From Narcine bancroftii (lineage: Eukaryota), in assembly GCF_036971445.1 (NCBI RefSeq), contig NC_091471.1, positions 237,150,001 to 237,214,000 of the forward strand: a stretch of DNA of 64,000 nt, given 5' to 3'. The notes beneath the pieces are model-generated. The model was not told where the DNA came from, did no database searches, and worked only from the letters and a program-made list of their open reading frames with translations. This document shows, one piece after another, positions 21,857 through 36,800 of this stretch; the stretch's first letter is position 1, and every line of letters begins with the position of its first letter. Made by a program: the position numbers and the translations under genes.

Positions 21857-24800
21857 CTAGGAGGAAATAAATGATAAATACAAAAAGATTTTTGATCTTT
21901 CCTGGATGTCCAACATAATCATCTAATTACACAAACACCAAAATGATCAATATAGTTTAAAGACATTACAAAAATCGCAATGGGACTGCCAGTTGAAAAA
22001 TTGAGGAAGGTAAAAATATGATGTAGGAAACCCATAGTGCAGAACACATGCCATTTAAAACATCTAATTGAAGATTAATGAATATGTACCTGGTGTCCTA
22101 AACTAGTGCTGTGAAGATAACTATCAGATTCCACACCAGTAGATGACAAGCAAGAAACATTCTACAAACTGCATTTAAGTACAATTGAATATTTAAATCA
22201 GTGAATAAACGTAAAAGGTTGGAGTATTGTGTGCAGTTTTGGTCGCCTAACTTCAGGAAAGTTATCAGTAAGATAGAAAGAGTGAAGAGATTTACTCGGA
22301 TGTTGCCTGGACTTCAGGAACTGAGTTACAGGTAAAAGTTAAGCAGGTTGGGACTTTACGCCCTGGAGTGTAGAAGAATGAGGGGAGATTTGATAGAGGT
22401 ATTTAAAATTATGAGGGGGGACAGACAGAGTAAATGTAGGTCGGCTTTTTCCATTGAGGGTAGGTGAGATACAAACCAGAGGACATGGATTAAGAATGTG
22501 GTGGGAGGTGGAACAAGCTGCCACATGAAGTGGTTAATTTTAACTTTTAAGAAGAATTTGGACAGGTACATGGATGGGAGTGATCTGAAGGGCTATGGTT
22601 GGGGTGCACGTCAGTGGGTCTAAGCAGAATAATAGTTTGAAACGTACTAGAAGGGGCAAAGGGCCTGTTTCTGAGCTGTAAGTTATTTGGTGATCGTGGG
22701 CAAGCAGGAACAGTTTCTGGAATGAAAGGAACACATCAGGTCACAATACCCACGCTGAGTCTCAAAGACATGAATTAGCAAGCAGTGGAACCGAGTATTT
22801 ATTGCATTCTTTTTTGAAGGTTATAAACAAATCTGCTTCCACCTCCTTTTGGACCACCTATTCTCAACAGGGGCCACAACACTTTTTCATCTCATGCAAC
22901 ATAAATATTTTTAATATCTTTTATGTAGGAGAGGAATACGGAATAAACCAAAACTTAACTGCGTCATTGGAAAGGGGCAGAGTTTTAGGGGGAATCACAG
23001 CCAAACAGAAAGGTTCAGAATGGCTGTTCTAGACCATAAGATTCATCACAATTACACAAAACTTTGCATCCTTTCTGGTTTAGATTTCAGATTTACGGTC
23101 GGAGAACATACACGACATCACATACAACCCCGAGATTTCTTTTCCTGCAGTCTGGGCAGAATTACCACTTAATGGCAGTGCAAAAAATAACTGTACTCGA
23201 TGTACACATGTAAACATATAAAGAAGTATAAACAAACTGACAAAAAAAAATCAAAGTGCACAAGGCAGAGTCCTTAAATGAGTGGATTGAGTTGCCATTG
23301 AAGAGTCTGGTGGTGGAGGGATAGCAGCTGTTCCTGAACCTGGTGGGTGCGGGTCTTGTGGCCCCTACACCTCTTTCCTGATGGCAGCAGCGAGAAAGTT
23401 ATTTTGCGAGTTATATTGATTGATGGTCTTGGCTTAAGTTAATTAAGGTAACAGAGCCCAGCAACTTTCTGGCTTGGGACATGCATTAGATGGGAAAGGT
23501 TTGACAGTCAAACCAGCCCCAACACAATTCCGGCATCTCTTGAGAAACATCTGAAGTGTCCAGCTAGCAAACCAGGAAATATTGCAGCATCAGAGAAACC
23601 AAGGACAAAATAGATTTAATTTTGGAATATTTCAATGATTTACCGTTAATTGGATAACATTTCACCTTGTATAATGGTTGAAGGTGAGAATATGCAATTA
23701 CAGGAAATTAAGGACACACTTCTTTTAATTCACTCTACAAGTAAATCCTCAATCAGACAATAAGATCATTGATTCTGGCCCTTATTTGAAGCTGCTATCA
23801 ACACTTATAAAGTTACAAGTCAATGCTGTGGCTTCTTGCCCTGTGAGACACAATCAGTTTATAAATGGAACAGAGGGACCATTGCAGTAATGTGTTTGGG
23901 GAGGTGCAGAGGACATTCTCTGGATTTGACCTGTAGGCCCAGTGACTGCAAATAATTCCCAAGGTGTTTCTCTCTCTTGGCCATTTCCCAGTGTTCATCC
24001 CTCTTGGCACCAGTGACTGCAAATTGGATAGAACCAGACAGACATCGCTGATGCCTCACTAAACATGCAGAGTGACAACACTGCAAGAGACCCTGAAAAG
24101 TTATATAAAATGATCACAAGATTTCCTGTCATGGTTGGAGATCACTGGTTAGAAATAAAAAGCAATATTGAAAGAAAATTCCATACAAGACAATAAATCA
24201 GATTATAGCCTTGTATTTTTTAAGATATTTCTTTCCTTCTCTCCTTTGCACCAAATTTAGATGTCATGCTTCTAGATATGGAGTAAATACGATAGTCAAG
24301 TGGCTTCTGTATCAGAAAGCTGGAAATGAAAGCACATTTGCATAGAAAGCCTACAACTCTCTACATTTCCCCTTACTAATGTCTCCTTAATGTCTTCAAA
24401 TTTCCCAAATAGCACTCTTGCCTTCTGCCTTCCTTCTTCTATTTGGATGACCTACATTTGGTTCACATCCCTCTAAGCCCACCACATCCATAAATCTCTC
24501 CAAATACCTCTGGAATATAGAAATTGTGCCCAGATTGACAGTATCCTCTGGTAGCTCATTCCAGACACAGATCATCCTCAATGAATCTTGCCTCTCAGGT
24601 CCCTCCCAAATCTCTCTCCTCACTGACATGTTCGTAAGTCATCTACCCTGGGAAAAGACTGAGCATTCACTGTATCTATTCCTCTCATGATTTTACATGC
24701 ACAGAGTCTTTTTCCTGCCAAATGTAATTTTGTTACTTTTGGATAACTGGCCTTTTAAACAAGAAAAGAGAGGCCGAGTATGGACAGAGTAGATGTGGCA

Positions 24801-27800
24801 AGGATGTTTCGCATCCTGGGGGAGGCTAGGAGAAGAGGCCAGAATTTCAAGATAAAAGGTGTCAATTTAAAACATAAATGTGGAGAAATTCCTCTGGTCA
24901 GAGGGCCATGAGTCTTGTTGTCATGGGTGGCTGTGAAAGTGAGGTCATTGAGTGTATTTAAGGCAGTGGTTGACAGGTATTTGATTAGTCAGGGCATTAA
25001 GGGTGACGGGGAGAAAGCCGGGGAGTGGGGCTGAGTGGGAGGATGGATCAGCTCATGATTAGAATGGCAGACCAGACTTGATGGGCCGACCTCTGCTCCT
25101 ATATCTTCTGATCTTGTATGGAAATTGAACCCTTCCCATTTCAGGCATTCAGTGTTTTGTTGACAAGCATTCCATCTTCACATGCTTGGGGCTTTGAAGT
25201 TGCCCATGAAGACAGTTTCCAAGGTCAAAATATTGAGGGAAGTGGGTGAAAAGAGAAGGAGAATCACACTCAGGGACAGGAACATAAAGACATTTCCTCT
25301 GCTGATTCAGGAGATCCATCCTATCATGAGGGACTGATCTTGCTTATTCTCTGCCTCCAGGGGAGATGGTGTTGTGGTTAAATTGCAGAACTGGCAGCCA
25401 GAGGTAACCAAAGATATGGTGGTTAAATATTTCAGATTTGAGATTTATTGTCAGAGTACATACATGACATTGCATACAACCCCGAGATTCTTTTCCAGCT
25501 GCCACTAATTGGTAGTGCAAAAAAAAAATTGTACCTGGAACAAAGAAAAGCTGGACAATAAAGATTTGGATTCCTGAAAACTTCTGGGTGTATTTTATGG
25601 ATTTTGAGCTGCTGATCACAAAACTTTCCTATCAGGTACTGCCTTGTAGAAATAACCTGTTTTTGTGATTTCCAGTTATATTTCAAGTGTCCAAGTTGAG
25701 TCCACGAATGAAGGGCTGTTTAATGAGCAATGGTGGGTCACGTCTCCAGAATGGAGGACCATCGCCTTCCCAAGATCGTGTTATATGGCGAGCTCTCCAC
25801 TGGCCACCGTGACAGAGGTGCACCAAAGAAAAGGTACAAGGACTGCCTAAAGAAATCTCTTGGTGCCTGCCACATTGACCACCGCCAGTGGGCTGATATC
25901 GCCTCAAATCGTGCATCTTGGCGCCTCACACTTTGGCGGGCAGCAACCTCCTTTGAAGAAGACCGCAGAGCCCACCTCACTGACAAAAGGCAAAGGAGGA
26001 AAAACCCAACACCCAACCCCAACCAACCAATTTTCCCCTGCAACCACTGCAACCGTGTCTGCCTGTCCTGCATCAGACTTGTCAGCCACAAACGAGCCTG
26101 CAGCTGACGTGGACATTTACCCCCTCCATAAATCTTCGTCCGCGAAGCCAAGCCAAAGAAGAAAGAAGAAATGAACAGGTTGAATTGTTTACAAGAATGG
26201 GAACAGATGTCATTGGACAATGAAGATTTGGCTTCCTGAACACTTTTGAGTTTATTTTATGGATTTAGGGCGCTGATCAGTAAAATACCATCACCAACCG
26301 TTTTTTTGGATCTAACCAATTTTTGTGATTTCCTGTCATATTTTGCGTCTACTTCAAGCAGACAAAACCATGAACTGCAACATGTCGTTGAAAATTCATT
26401 TTCTGCATTCGCATGTGGACGTCTTCCCTGCTGGTCTCGATGCCGTCAGTGATGAACACGGGTGAAAGGTTTCACCAGGACATTGCGACCATGGAAAAGC
26501 TGTATCAGGGCAACTGGAATCCATCAATACTGGCCGACTATTGTTGGACAATGACACGAGGGGCATCAGATGCTGAGTACAAATGAAAATCAGCGACAAA
26601 ACATTTTTCGGTCGGTTGAACTAACACAATGTGTCAGCATCAATATGTGATTAAACATGGTAAATTCAATCAAAGTTAATTTAATGTTTCACCAACTTCC
26701 TATGTGATGCATCAAATCTGAAATTATCTTTGTGTTCAGCTGAAGTTGTCTACAATACCCGATTGTTTTTCAGGAAGCAAACCTTTTTCATAAAAATTGT
26801 TGTCCAGCTAATTAGTAGATTTTTCTTTAAACCCTTGGGGCACACTGTCTGCAATCCCCAAGTGTGTGTAACTATCAGCGTACTGGTGATCTGGTCGAGT
26901 CCTTGCCAATTCAAGATGACAGGAGATTCCATGTGCACAAAATAAAAAGATTCTGATGTCAGGACAGACTCTGCCAACTTTTCTATGGATGGCAACTGGA
27001 GGTGTGGAAGTCTTCAGGAAAAACCATTAGCCATTTCAGATCCTACCAGTCCACTCCCATTCCAGTAATTCCACAGCTTTACTCCATGTGTTAATTTAAG
27101 TCTTGTTTTCCTGCAGGTTTCTTGATTATTGAAATAAAATTGTTGTTATCAAAGTTTCAACATGTTTCTCTGCCTCCCACTCTGTCTTCTTCATCAGCAC
27201 CAATTTCCATGCTTTAATAGGGACTAAATCGTATATATTCATGTAATCGTCAATCCCATATAATAGTCAAATCCCCCCCCTTTTTTTAGCCCCAGCCACC
27301 TGACAATCTGAACTCCCGACACCCCAACTGCAGATCCTCACCTCAGTTGCCTGCCCACCTGAACCCCCAACCACAGATCCTCACCCTGATCGCCCACCCA
27401 TTGAACTTCCATTGCCTCAACTGTGGATCCTCACTTCAGTTGCCCACCCATCCAAGCTTCCGATGCCCCGACCACAGATCCTTGTCCGGCCGTCCACCCA
27501 TCAGAGCTCCCAATGCCTTGAATGCAGACTTACCACCTGGTTTTGGCCATCCAAGCTCCCTACGCCTTGATCAACACAGGTACACAAAAGTCTGACCTGT
27601 GTAAAAGTTGACCTGCCCCCTCCCTCAATATGACCAAAAAATTGGTCCAAAAAAATTTGACAATTACACGAATATACAGTAGTTCGAAGGTTCATCTCTC
27701 TGGAACACTCAAGGCCAACACAGGAATGATTTGAATTTCTGAAAATGTTGCATAACCAGAAGGGAACTACATCATGGTTGTGAGTTCAGTCTCAAAGTCT

Positions 27801-30800
27801 ACTGGTTGCTATAGTACTCCTTACCGTTCAAGAGAGAGACCCCACGCAATCACACACACGCCTTCTGGTAGTCCCATCGGGAGTAGCATCTCTGGCCGGA
27901 AGACACCTGAATTTCCGACTTCCACCCACTTCTTTAATCCTGGGGGAAAGAAGAGTGTTGTCAATGGAGCAGGAGATCCCACACTGCAGAAGCAGCATGC
28001 AGTCAAAGCCTTTGGTCCTAGATCTAGTGGATTGGATCAGTGCTCTGCAGTACTGACACACCAAGTCATGATGGAAGGTGCACTGCTCTCAGCGCAAAGG
28101 GTATGAGGTAGGGAGATTTTTTTTAAAGGAATATACAAGTCGGCACAATTTCATGGGCCGAAGGGCCTGTACTGTAGGGTTCTATGTGCTAAGTTCAGAT
28201 GATGGAATCTTGAGTGAACAAAGAGACAGTGGAGAGACTCAGCATACTAGGCAGCATCCACAGAGAGAAATGGTCAGCCCAAGGTTTAAGTTAGAACCCT
28301 TTGTCAAGACTCCAGTCAACTTTGTCCCTCTAGCTCACACATGTCAAACTCAGGCCCATGGGCCAAATTTGGCCTGTGATATAATTATATTTGGCCCGCA
28401 AAATCATATCAAATATGTATTAGAGCTGGCCCGCTGGCTGCCGCACCAGTATAGCACATGCACAGCTAATACTACAAATCCCAGAATGCTTTGCAAATGC
28501 ATTGGCACCAGCCCATTAGCCCTCTAATCGCCCCCACCTCCTCTCTTTACTTTCATTAGCATCTGCGACCTGTCGCCCAACTCACATGTAATAAACCCCT
28601 TACAAAAAATGGCCAAACCAAAGACAGAAAACAGGACCTTTCAAGACAGGTGGGAGACAGACTATATGTTCATCATTTTAAAAGACAAACCTGTTTGTCA
28701 TTGAAGCAAGTTGTTATTTTTTTGACTTGTTGGCTTGTGAAAAAAAATAAATTTAAAAGGAGCTTAAAGGCTATAGAGAAATATTATTTATTGAATATTT
28801 TATTTCTCATTTGTTAATGCTTCTTCTGGAAAGAGTTTAACCAAAACTATTATTAAACATTTATTTTAATAAGAAAAAGTTTAAAATTACATATGTTGAA
28901 AGAAGAGAAAACATGCAGATGTTTTCAATAAAAAATTTTCAATAAATATTTAATTTTCAATAAATATTTAGTTTGGCCCACGACTTAGTCCAAGTTTTTA
29001 ATTTTGGCCCTCTGTGAATTTGAGTTTGACACCCCTGCTCTAGCTTCTCTGTTCTGTTGGTATTGAAGCTTATTACCACCATTTGGTGTTGTGCATTACA
29101 GATTTAAGCAACTGCCTGCTTATGTGATACAACCTGGAACCAGCCATATATTGTACTTTCCTCCTCTAATGGGATCATGCCACGTACAAACTTCCTGCCA
29201 TGAGAAATATGAACAACATTTCAAAAACAAATTGATTGTTTCAAAGGACCTTTGAGCATCTTGCTAAGGCATCCTTCAGAATTTATTTTTCAGTGTAAAT
29301 TTTCTATTTGCACAATTAGCGTAATGGTTTGCACAACACTGTTATAGCGCCAGCGACCTGTGTTCGAATCTGGCAGTGTCTGTAAGGAGTTTGCACGTTC
29401 TCCCTTTGTCTGTGTGGGTTTCCTTCAGGTGCTTTGGTTTCTTCCCACCCTTCAAAACGTACCAGGGGTTGTAGGTCAATGGGGTGCAATTGGATGGCAC
29501 GGGCTGTGGGCCGAAAGGGTCCATTACTGTGCTGTATGTCTAAATTTTAAAATTTTGAGAGCTATTACTGTAGAGAACAAAAAGCATTCCATCATCCTCT
29601 CACTGCAGAGCACCATTGTTCCAATTAAGAACTGGTGCTGTAATTCAATTATTTGTAGGCAGCACTGAAATTGGGCAAGGAGGAGGCAAATTATTAAAGC
29701 AGCGACAATATCCCTTCAATAGTCAGATCTAGGTTTCAACAAAAATTTAAATAAGGCATTGAGTGAAGGTACAAGAATTTCTGAAACCCAATTGACAAAT
29801 TTGCACTTTAAAAGAAACCAAAAAGAGCAACATTAATTGAATCTGCAGAAAGGAAATGTAGGCTTCGGATTTAGAGCAAAATGAATTAGAATGACTGAAG
29901 GGTACAGCAGACCCCAGGGAGTTTGTGAATATTAAACCCCATCCATGACAACTGCATCACACTTTCACAGTACTATCACCCACTTCTCATTTCAATTGTA
30001 CCTTCATGATAGCTGAAGATCTCCATACTTGGCTCAGTGTAGGGGTTGAAGGCTGGCTTGTATCGCAGCTTGGTTATACCTGTCAGGTGGTAAAGACACA
30101 ACAACATTTATACTTCAAATCTTAATGGAATAATTTGAATCCTAAAACAACTCAGCCGGTTGAAGGAAAGGGATGGTCGACATTTTTTGCACAAGACCTT
30201 GCGTCAAGAGAGCAAGAATTTGTATCCATTCATTCACGTAATTAAACAGATTCTCATCAGGAGGGTGAGAAAAGCAATGACAAGAGATCACATCCAATGG
30301 CTTGTGGGCCTTGCAAGGACGGCATGGTTAGTGGAAAGCTAATATAGTGCCAGCGACCCAGGTTTGAATCTGATGCTGTCTGTGAGGAGTTTGTACGTTC
30401 TCCCTATGTCTGCAAGGGTTTCCTCCGGGTGCTCTGGTTTCCTCCCACTCTTCAAAATCTACTGAGGTTGTAGGCGAATTGGGGGTATTTGAGCAACACA
30501 GGCTTGTGCACCAGAAGGGTTGTACATCTAAATTTATATCTAAAATTTAAATTTAATTCTGAGTTCCAAAATCCAGACAATTTGCACAAATCCCACCAAT
30601 GGAATTTGAAATGCACATTCAAGTTCATCTTGAAATAAAATCTGTAAATAAAGAATAAGCTTTCAGCAAAGAAGATTTGTTTATTACCAACCACACTGGT
30701 GTCTCACCAACATGTTAACTATGTTCTGAAGAGAAATACAAAAAATGCAGATGCCGGAATCTCAAATGAACAATGAGAAGTGGAGGTCAGGGAGTATGTG

Positions 30801-33800
30801 TGGAGAAAAATGGTCATTTAATGTCCCAGATTGAGACCCTTTATCAAGCCTCCTGTATTCTGAAGGGATTTTTAAAGATGAATGCATTCAAAGCTACATC
30901 AAACCATTGCTCAAATGCTTTCTCAATGCAACTTGAGAACTACTCAATGCATCCTAACCTTGTCAGCACAGTCCATGCCACGAAAATGCGTAATTAGTTT
31001 ACACAACCTTGAAGCTACTGTTAAGGACAGACCAGAGGGTTACACATTTACTCAGCTAGATGGTTTGAGAGTTGAATTAATGTGGCCATATAAAATATTC
31101 AGTATAACTTATTATTTCTTTTCATCCTGCAATTCCTCACCAGTGACTGCAGTATTTCTGAGCCTCCTTCCCAAGGTCATTAGCACCATAATAGCCAACT
31201 CCTTTGGGCCAACCACATTTGCCTTTCTAGTTCCAAGGTTATTGTCGCGCACCAAGATGCAGCAAAGGGTTCCAACATGAAACTTTTAATGGTATTCAAT
31301 TCTATGCTCTGTGAGCCGGGCAGAAGGAAGGATGTGCTGAAAGCCTCCTTGAGAGCAACAGCCCCACCAACTCTGGGAACGTCTAACTGCTCAAAGCGAA
31401 GAGGAGGAATGGCGGCACGGTTAGTGTAATGCTTTTACAGCGCCAGCGACCCGGGTTCGAAACCAGTGCTGTCTGTGAGGAGTTTGTATGATCTTCCTGC
31501 ATCTGCATGGGTGCTTTGGATTCCTCCCACCCTCTAAAATGTTTGGGTGGTAGGTTAATCAGGGTGTAATTCTGTGGCACAGGTTTAAATGGCCAGAATC
31601 AGCCTCTACCATGTTGTAAGTGAATAAAATTTAAAATGTAATTTAAACTTTGGGGTGGTATTTAAAATGTTAAGGCCATGCACTGGGGCACACAAACATT
31701 CTGAACCTATGGTAAAAGGAGCATTCTACTTCAACCGATCTGCCTGGCCTACCAACAACTTCCTGATCCATCTGTGCAAGTCACCACGTGGGTCTCGTTA
31801 TCCACCTCAGATGCACCAAAATCAGAGTTATTGTTGATCATTAGCCAGCCAAATAAATTTTTAAAAATTAAAGAAATCTATTACAAGTCTTTTCATTCAA
31901 AATAGCAAGGACAACCAATAGCTCGATCATCTTCTTGCACACACAGATTACAGGAGTGTGCTAGCCAGCAATGTCTCTGATCTTACGCCTCCATACCATG
32001 TTCCTATACCAGCCCCAGATCCCTTCACATCTAAAATAAAACCTACTGATCTTTGTCTTGAGTATGTTCAATGGCTGAGTCTCTACAGCCTCCTTGCATA
32101 GAGAATTCCAACAATTCCAGGATCAAAGGAACTGCTCACATTATCATCCGAGACTCTCATTTGTACAAAACAATGTTTATTTATTTATTTGTACAGATGA
32201 ATATTTGTCCTGCATATGTATTGTTTATCTGTATATGTGTTATGTCTGGTGTTTTGTATGGAGGACCGGAGACTTGAATTCACTTTCATCCCATCTTCGT
32301 CCTAAATAGCTCTCTCCTCATTTTGAGAATGTGACACAAGCTCGACTACTGGCACCCCAGTCAAAGCCACAGCACCAAATGACCTCCTTTTGTGCGGTCA
32401 TTTTATCATATGGGCAGCAGCGGTTATTTTATTGACCAGTGTCTGTATGGAGGAGAGCCACTGTCTCACCTAATTTGGTAAAGAATTGCTGAAGAACTCC
32501 CATCAAGTCACCCAGGGTAAGATCGTAATCTGCCACCACCCCCTCGATCTGGTGAAACTCTGCTAAGTGAGTGGCATCCAGTGTCTCGTTACGGAAGACT
32601 CGATCGATGGAGAAATACTTCACTGGTGTGAACACTTCCTGCACGATAAGGAGGAAGACCGTCAGTTAAACTGGAGAGGGAACACAAGCAGAACTTTAGA
32701 TAGAATTTAAAATTCAATCTATTGAAACTGGGTAAGCTGCTGATCTGCTTGGAGATAGCTGAAAGCTCAAGTGTTGCAACTTCACCTTTTAGTCGTTTTT
32801 GTGGTTCATTTCTTTCTCTTCTCCCATCCTACCTCAACCCTCAGAAGGCCTCATGAAAGACTCATTTAACCACATCATCCCAAGTCCATCTGAACTACTC
32901 CCATCAGGCAGGATTAGAAGTTACTTTTCTAACTGATTTAGTAATAACACAAATGTACCTTTAGCCACATTCTTACCAGATACTGCACCAGCCTAAGAAA
33001 TCTTTTAAAATAAAGAAATCTTATCATTCAAAGGCAAAGTAGCAGGGGCAACTAATACTTACCTCAATCAACCTCTTGCACAGACACAAGATTACAGGAG
33101 TGTGCTAGTCAATAATGCCTCTGATCTGACGCCTCCATGCCACGTTCCTATACCACCCCTAGCTTACTTTGACTGGTGTTATGATATCAGGAGACAGTTA
33201 GGACACAGATGAAAGTGATCCAAGAAGTCCAACACTCTCCAAACGTGGAGTCTGCAGATGCTGAATACGGAGCAAAAAACCATGCTAGGGAAATTCTGGG
33301 TCAAGCAGCATCGATGGGAGAATAATGGCCATCGTTCCCCATCCCTGGCCTACTGATCCCTTCTTCTTCAAAGCAGATCGGAGGCACATGTTTTCCACAC
33401 AAAGGATGGTGAATATTTAGAGTGAGCTGCCAGGGGAGGTAGTGGAGGAAGATAATTTTACAACATTTGGACAGGAACGGATAGGAAGGAAGCAGAGGGA
33501 TACAGACAAATGGGATTATCTTACAGTAGTGCCACTGTCAGCAAGTTCAAGGTAGGCCAAAAGGCCCCATTTCTCTGCTGCACAATTCTGTGATTAATAC
33601 TTCTCAATTCTCATTACCATCATGCAACACTATATTGTTTGCTCCATTGACTTACAATCATACATTAAAAGCATTGTAAAGGTCCTGATTACCTATTTAG
33701 TTTAAGTAGTGGACAGATGGACTGTGCATCCCTCTATTTAATCACTGACCTATGGTGAATTTACAGAGAGGAACACTAACTCCCTGAGAAATGGAAGGAG

Positions 33801-36800
33801 AATAAAATATAAAGCTTTATCCAGATTGTAACTTGTACAAAGACAAATTCAGGGGAACTCGCCTGTGAAAAGCAGCCACTTGCTTGTGGCATCTTTACCA
33901 GAAGGTGTGGGGACAGAAAAGCCATCTCACCTGTTGGGCCAGTTTGTACAGCATCCGTGCGCTGACAGCTGTCGTGTGTGTTCGCAGAAGGTTTTTCTGT
34001 GCTTCTTCAATCTTCCAATCATAATTGTATCTAAATTACACCCAAACACTGCACATTGGTATAGAGTGCAAATTTACACGCGGCAGTTTCTTTAACTCAG
34101 AACCTTGTAAAAAAGCTCTTCTCATTGCCCAATTTCGCTTATCACTCTCTTCCACAAAACAATCCAAGTTTTGTCCAAATGGAAGGCTTCATTTACCAGT
34201 ATCAAACTGCTAAGGGACTATTCAATGGAATTGCCAAATCTAATGTACGTTAAACCCTTCTCTGGTGTTGGTTCTAAATTGGAGACAAACACGACAAACA
34301 TACAACTGATCAGCATCCACCTGTAGCGTAAACTTACATATAAGTGCTCGGTTTCAAACAAAAGCTCCTCCTCAAACATAAAACAACCTTCTCCATAGAT
34401 GCATTTTCCTTGGAATCTTAAACCTTACAGCCATTGAGGTACTTTTGATGCATGATCAATGATACAATGCAGCAACTAACTTATACACAGCAAACTCCAA
34501 CAGAAAAATGTTAACGATCAGATATTCATTTCTCTGGTGTTAGGTGATGTCAAAGCCCTTCAAACTATTGTTCCACAGCTTAAATTACGACTTAATTATA
34601 TTGAATGCACATGAATAATAATGTCTTGAATAATTTGAGAAGTCTGAGATGAGGAATAAAGAAAGAAAACAAGAGAAAATAGAGCAGAGTTACCCTTGAG
34701 ATCCATATCCACCCTCCGAATGGACCTTCTTTACTCTTTCAAGATAATCCATGGGAAACTCAGTAGCAGTGGCAGGTTCTGGGAGCACAAGAGGAGAAAA
34801 CAGACAATGAACAGGCAAAACTCAAAAAAGGACATTTGTTATTTGTCCCCACTCAAAAACATGTGGGCACAAAATATTGACTCCTGACCAAATGCAGCAA
34901 CTTTCATTTCACTAACTCACTACAGTTGCCTTTTTGCTCATACCTTCACAAAGGGCTCAGGCCCAAAATGTTGGTTATGTGTCTTTGCTATAAAGAAATG
35001 CTGTGTGACCTTCTGAGTTTCTCCAGCAGTTTTGCGTATTAAACTACAATCACAGCATCTGCAGACTTTCTTGTTTAACTTGATTCATTGCATACCAAAT
35101 TAGAATAAAAATAAGTTATCATGCATAACCGTACATGTCTGAAACTTGGCATGCAGTGACAGTTAAACGTCTTGCTCACTACAAGATTCAAAGAAGTGAA
35201 CAAGTAGAATAATATACCCTTTAGTTGAAGAAATAGCATTGATACTTACATAGGTAAAGCATTGGCAGGTCAGCAGGAAAAAGAGAGTAGGAATAAAGGG
35301 ACCCTATCCTGGTTGCTACCAGTTACCAGTGCTGTTCTGCAAGGGTCAGTGTTGGGGCCGCTTCTTTTCACACTGTCTATAAGTGATTTGGATTGTGGAA
35401 TAGATGGCTTTTTGGCTAAATTTGCAGACGATACCAAAATAGGTGGTGGGGAGATGGTGCTGAGGATACCAGAAGGCTGTAGAGAGACTTTGATAGATGA
35501 GGAGAATGGGCAAAAGGGTGGTAGATGAAATATAATGTTGGAAAGTGTACAGTCATGCACTTTGATAGAATAGATGGGCAGACTATTATTTAGATGGGAA
35601 TAAAATTCAAAATACCGAGGTGCAAAATAACTAAGTGTGTGTTAAAGAATGTTGAGTCAGTGATGAAGAAGGCGAATGCAATATTGGCTTTCATTTCTAG
35701 AGGAATAACATACAAGAGCAGGGATGTGATGTTGAGACCTTGAGGTGTGGATGAGACCTCCCTTGGAGTACTGTGTACAGTTTTGGGTGCCTTTATTTGA
35801 GAAAAGACGTGCTGGCGTTGGAAAGGGTTCAGAAATTTTCTAGAATGATACCAGGAATGAAAGGGTTAGCATATGAGAAACGATTACAGCTCTTGGACTG
35901 TACTCGTTGGAGGATGAAGGGGACCCAATGGAAACATTTCTAATGCTGAAAGGCCTGTACAGAGTAAATGTGTGGCAAGGATGTTTCCCATGGTTGGGGA
36001 GTCTATGACAAGAGGGCATCAATTTAAAGCAGAGATGCAGAAAGAATTCCTTAGCCAAAAGGCCGTGATCAGTGGTACAGCAAGTTCGTTTGGTGTATTT
36101 AAGGCAGAGATCGACAGGCAGTTGGTCAGTCTGGGCATCAGAATTATGGGGAAAAAGCCAAGGAGTGGGACTGAGAGGGTGGATGGCTTAGCTCATGATT
36201 AGAATGGCAGAGCAGATTCGAAGGGCCAACTTCTGCTCCTATATCTTTCAAAGTTCAGAAAGAAATATTGTATACAGAAGGTGAGATCCCCAGATTACTT
36301 ACCTAGGAGGGTAGCGTTATCTGAGAAAGACAGATATACACCACACAACACAGGATGAGCACTACTATGGCAACTCGAGTACACCTGGCTGGGAATTGGA
36401 GCAAGGCCTCAGGAACTGATGCCTTCCCACTGACTACTCTGCTTCGAAGGATCACTGAAGCAATAAGGCCCCCAGCTTGATAACCCATATCAAGCTATCG
36501 TGCTCCACACGCCATGTAGGGGAAGGAAGGTGGGGCAAAATGAGGGCACTGCAAGACATGGACCATGTCAAACATCAACAAGATATTGGATTACTTTGGA
36601 TGTCACTGTCACATCTAATCCTGAGGTCACTCCATTCTTGCCGATTTTACATTGGCAACAACCTTGCCAATAAAGCCTTTCTAATTTTTCCCCCCTCTGG
36701 CTCCAATCGACCAGAGATTTACCACAGAACAGAAAATTAATCTATTTGGCTCATTTTTCTCACAGGTCTCAGCCATCCAAAGCATCCATGATGTTTTAAG

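Noticed and set aside
31410-31470. tRNA gene
   Set aside because: The A/B-box-like head continues directly into a V-SINE core; the same applies to the other copies.
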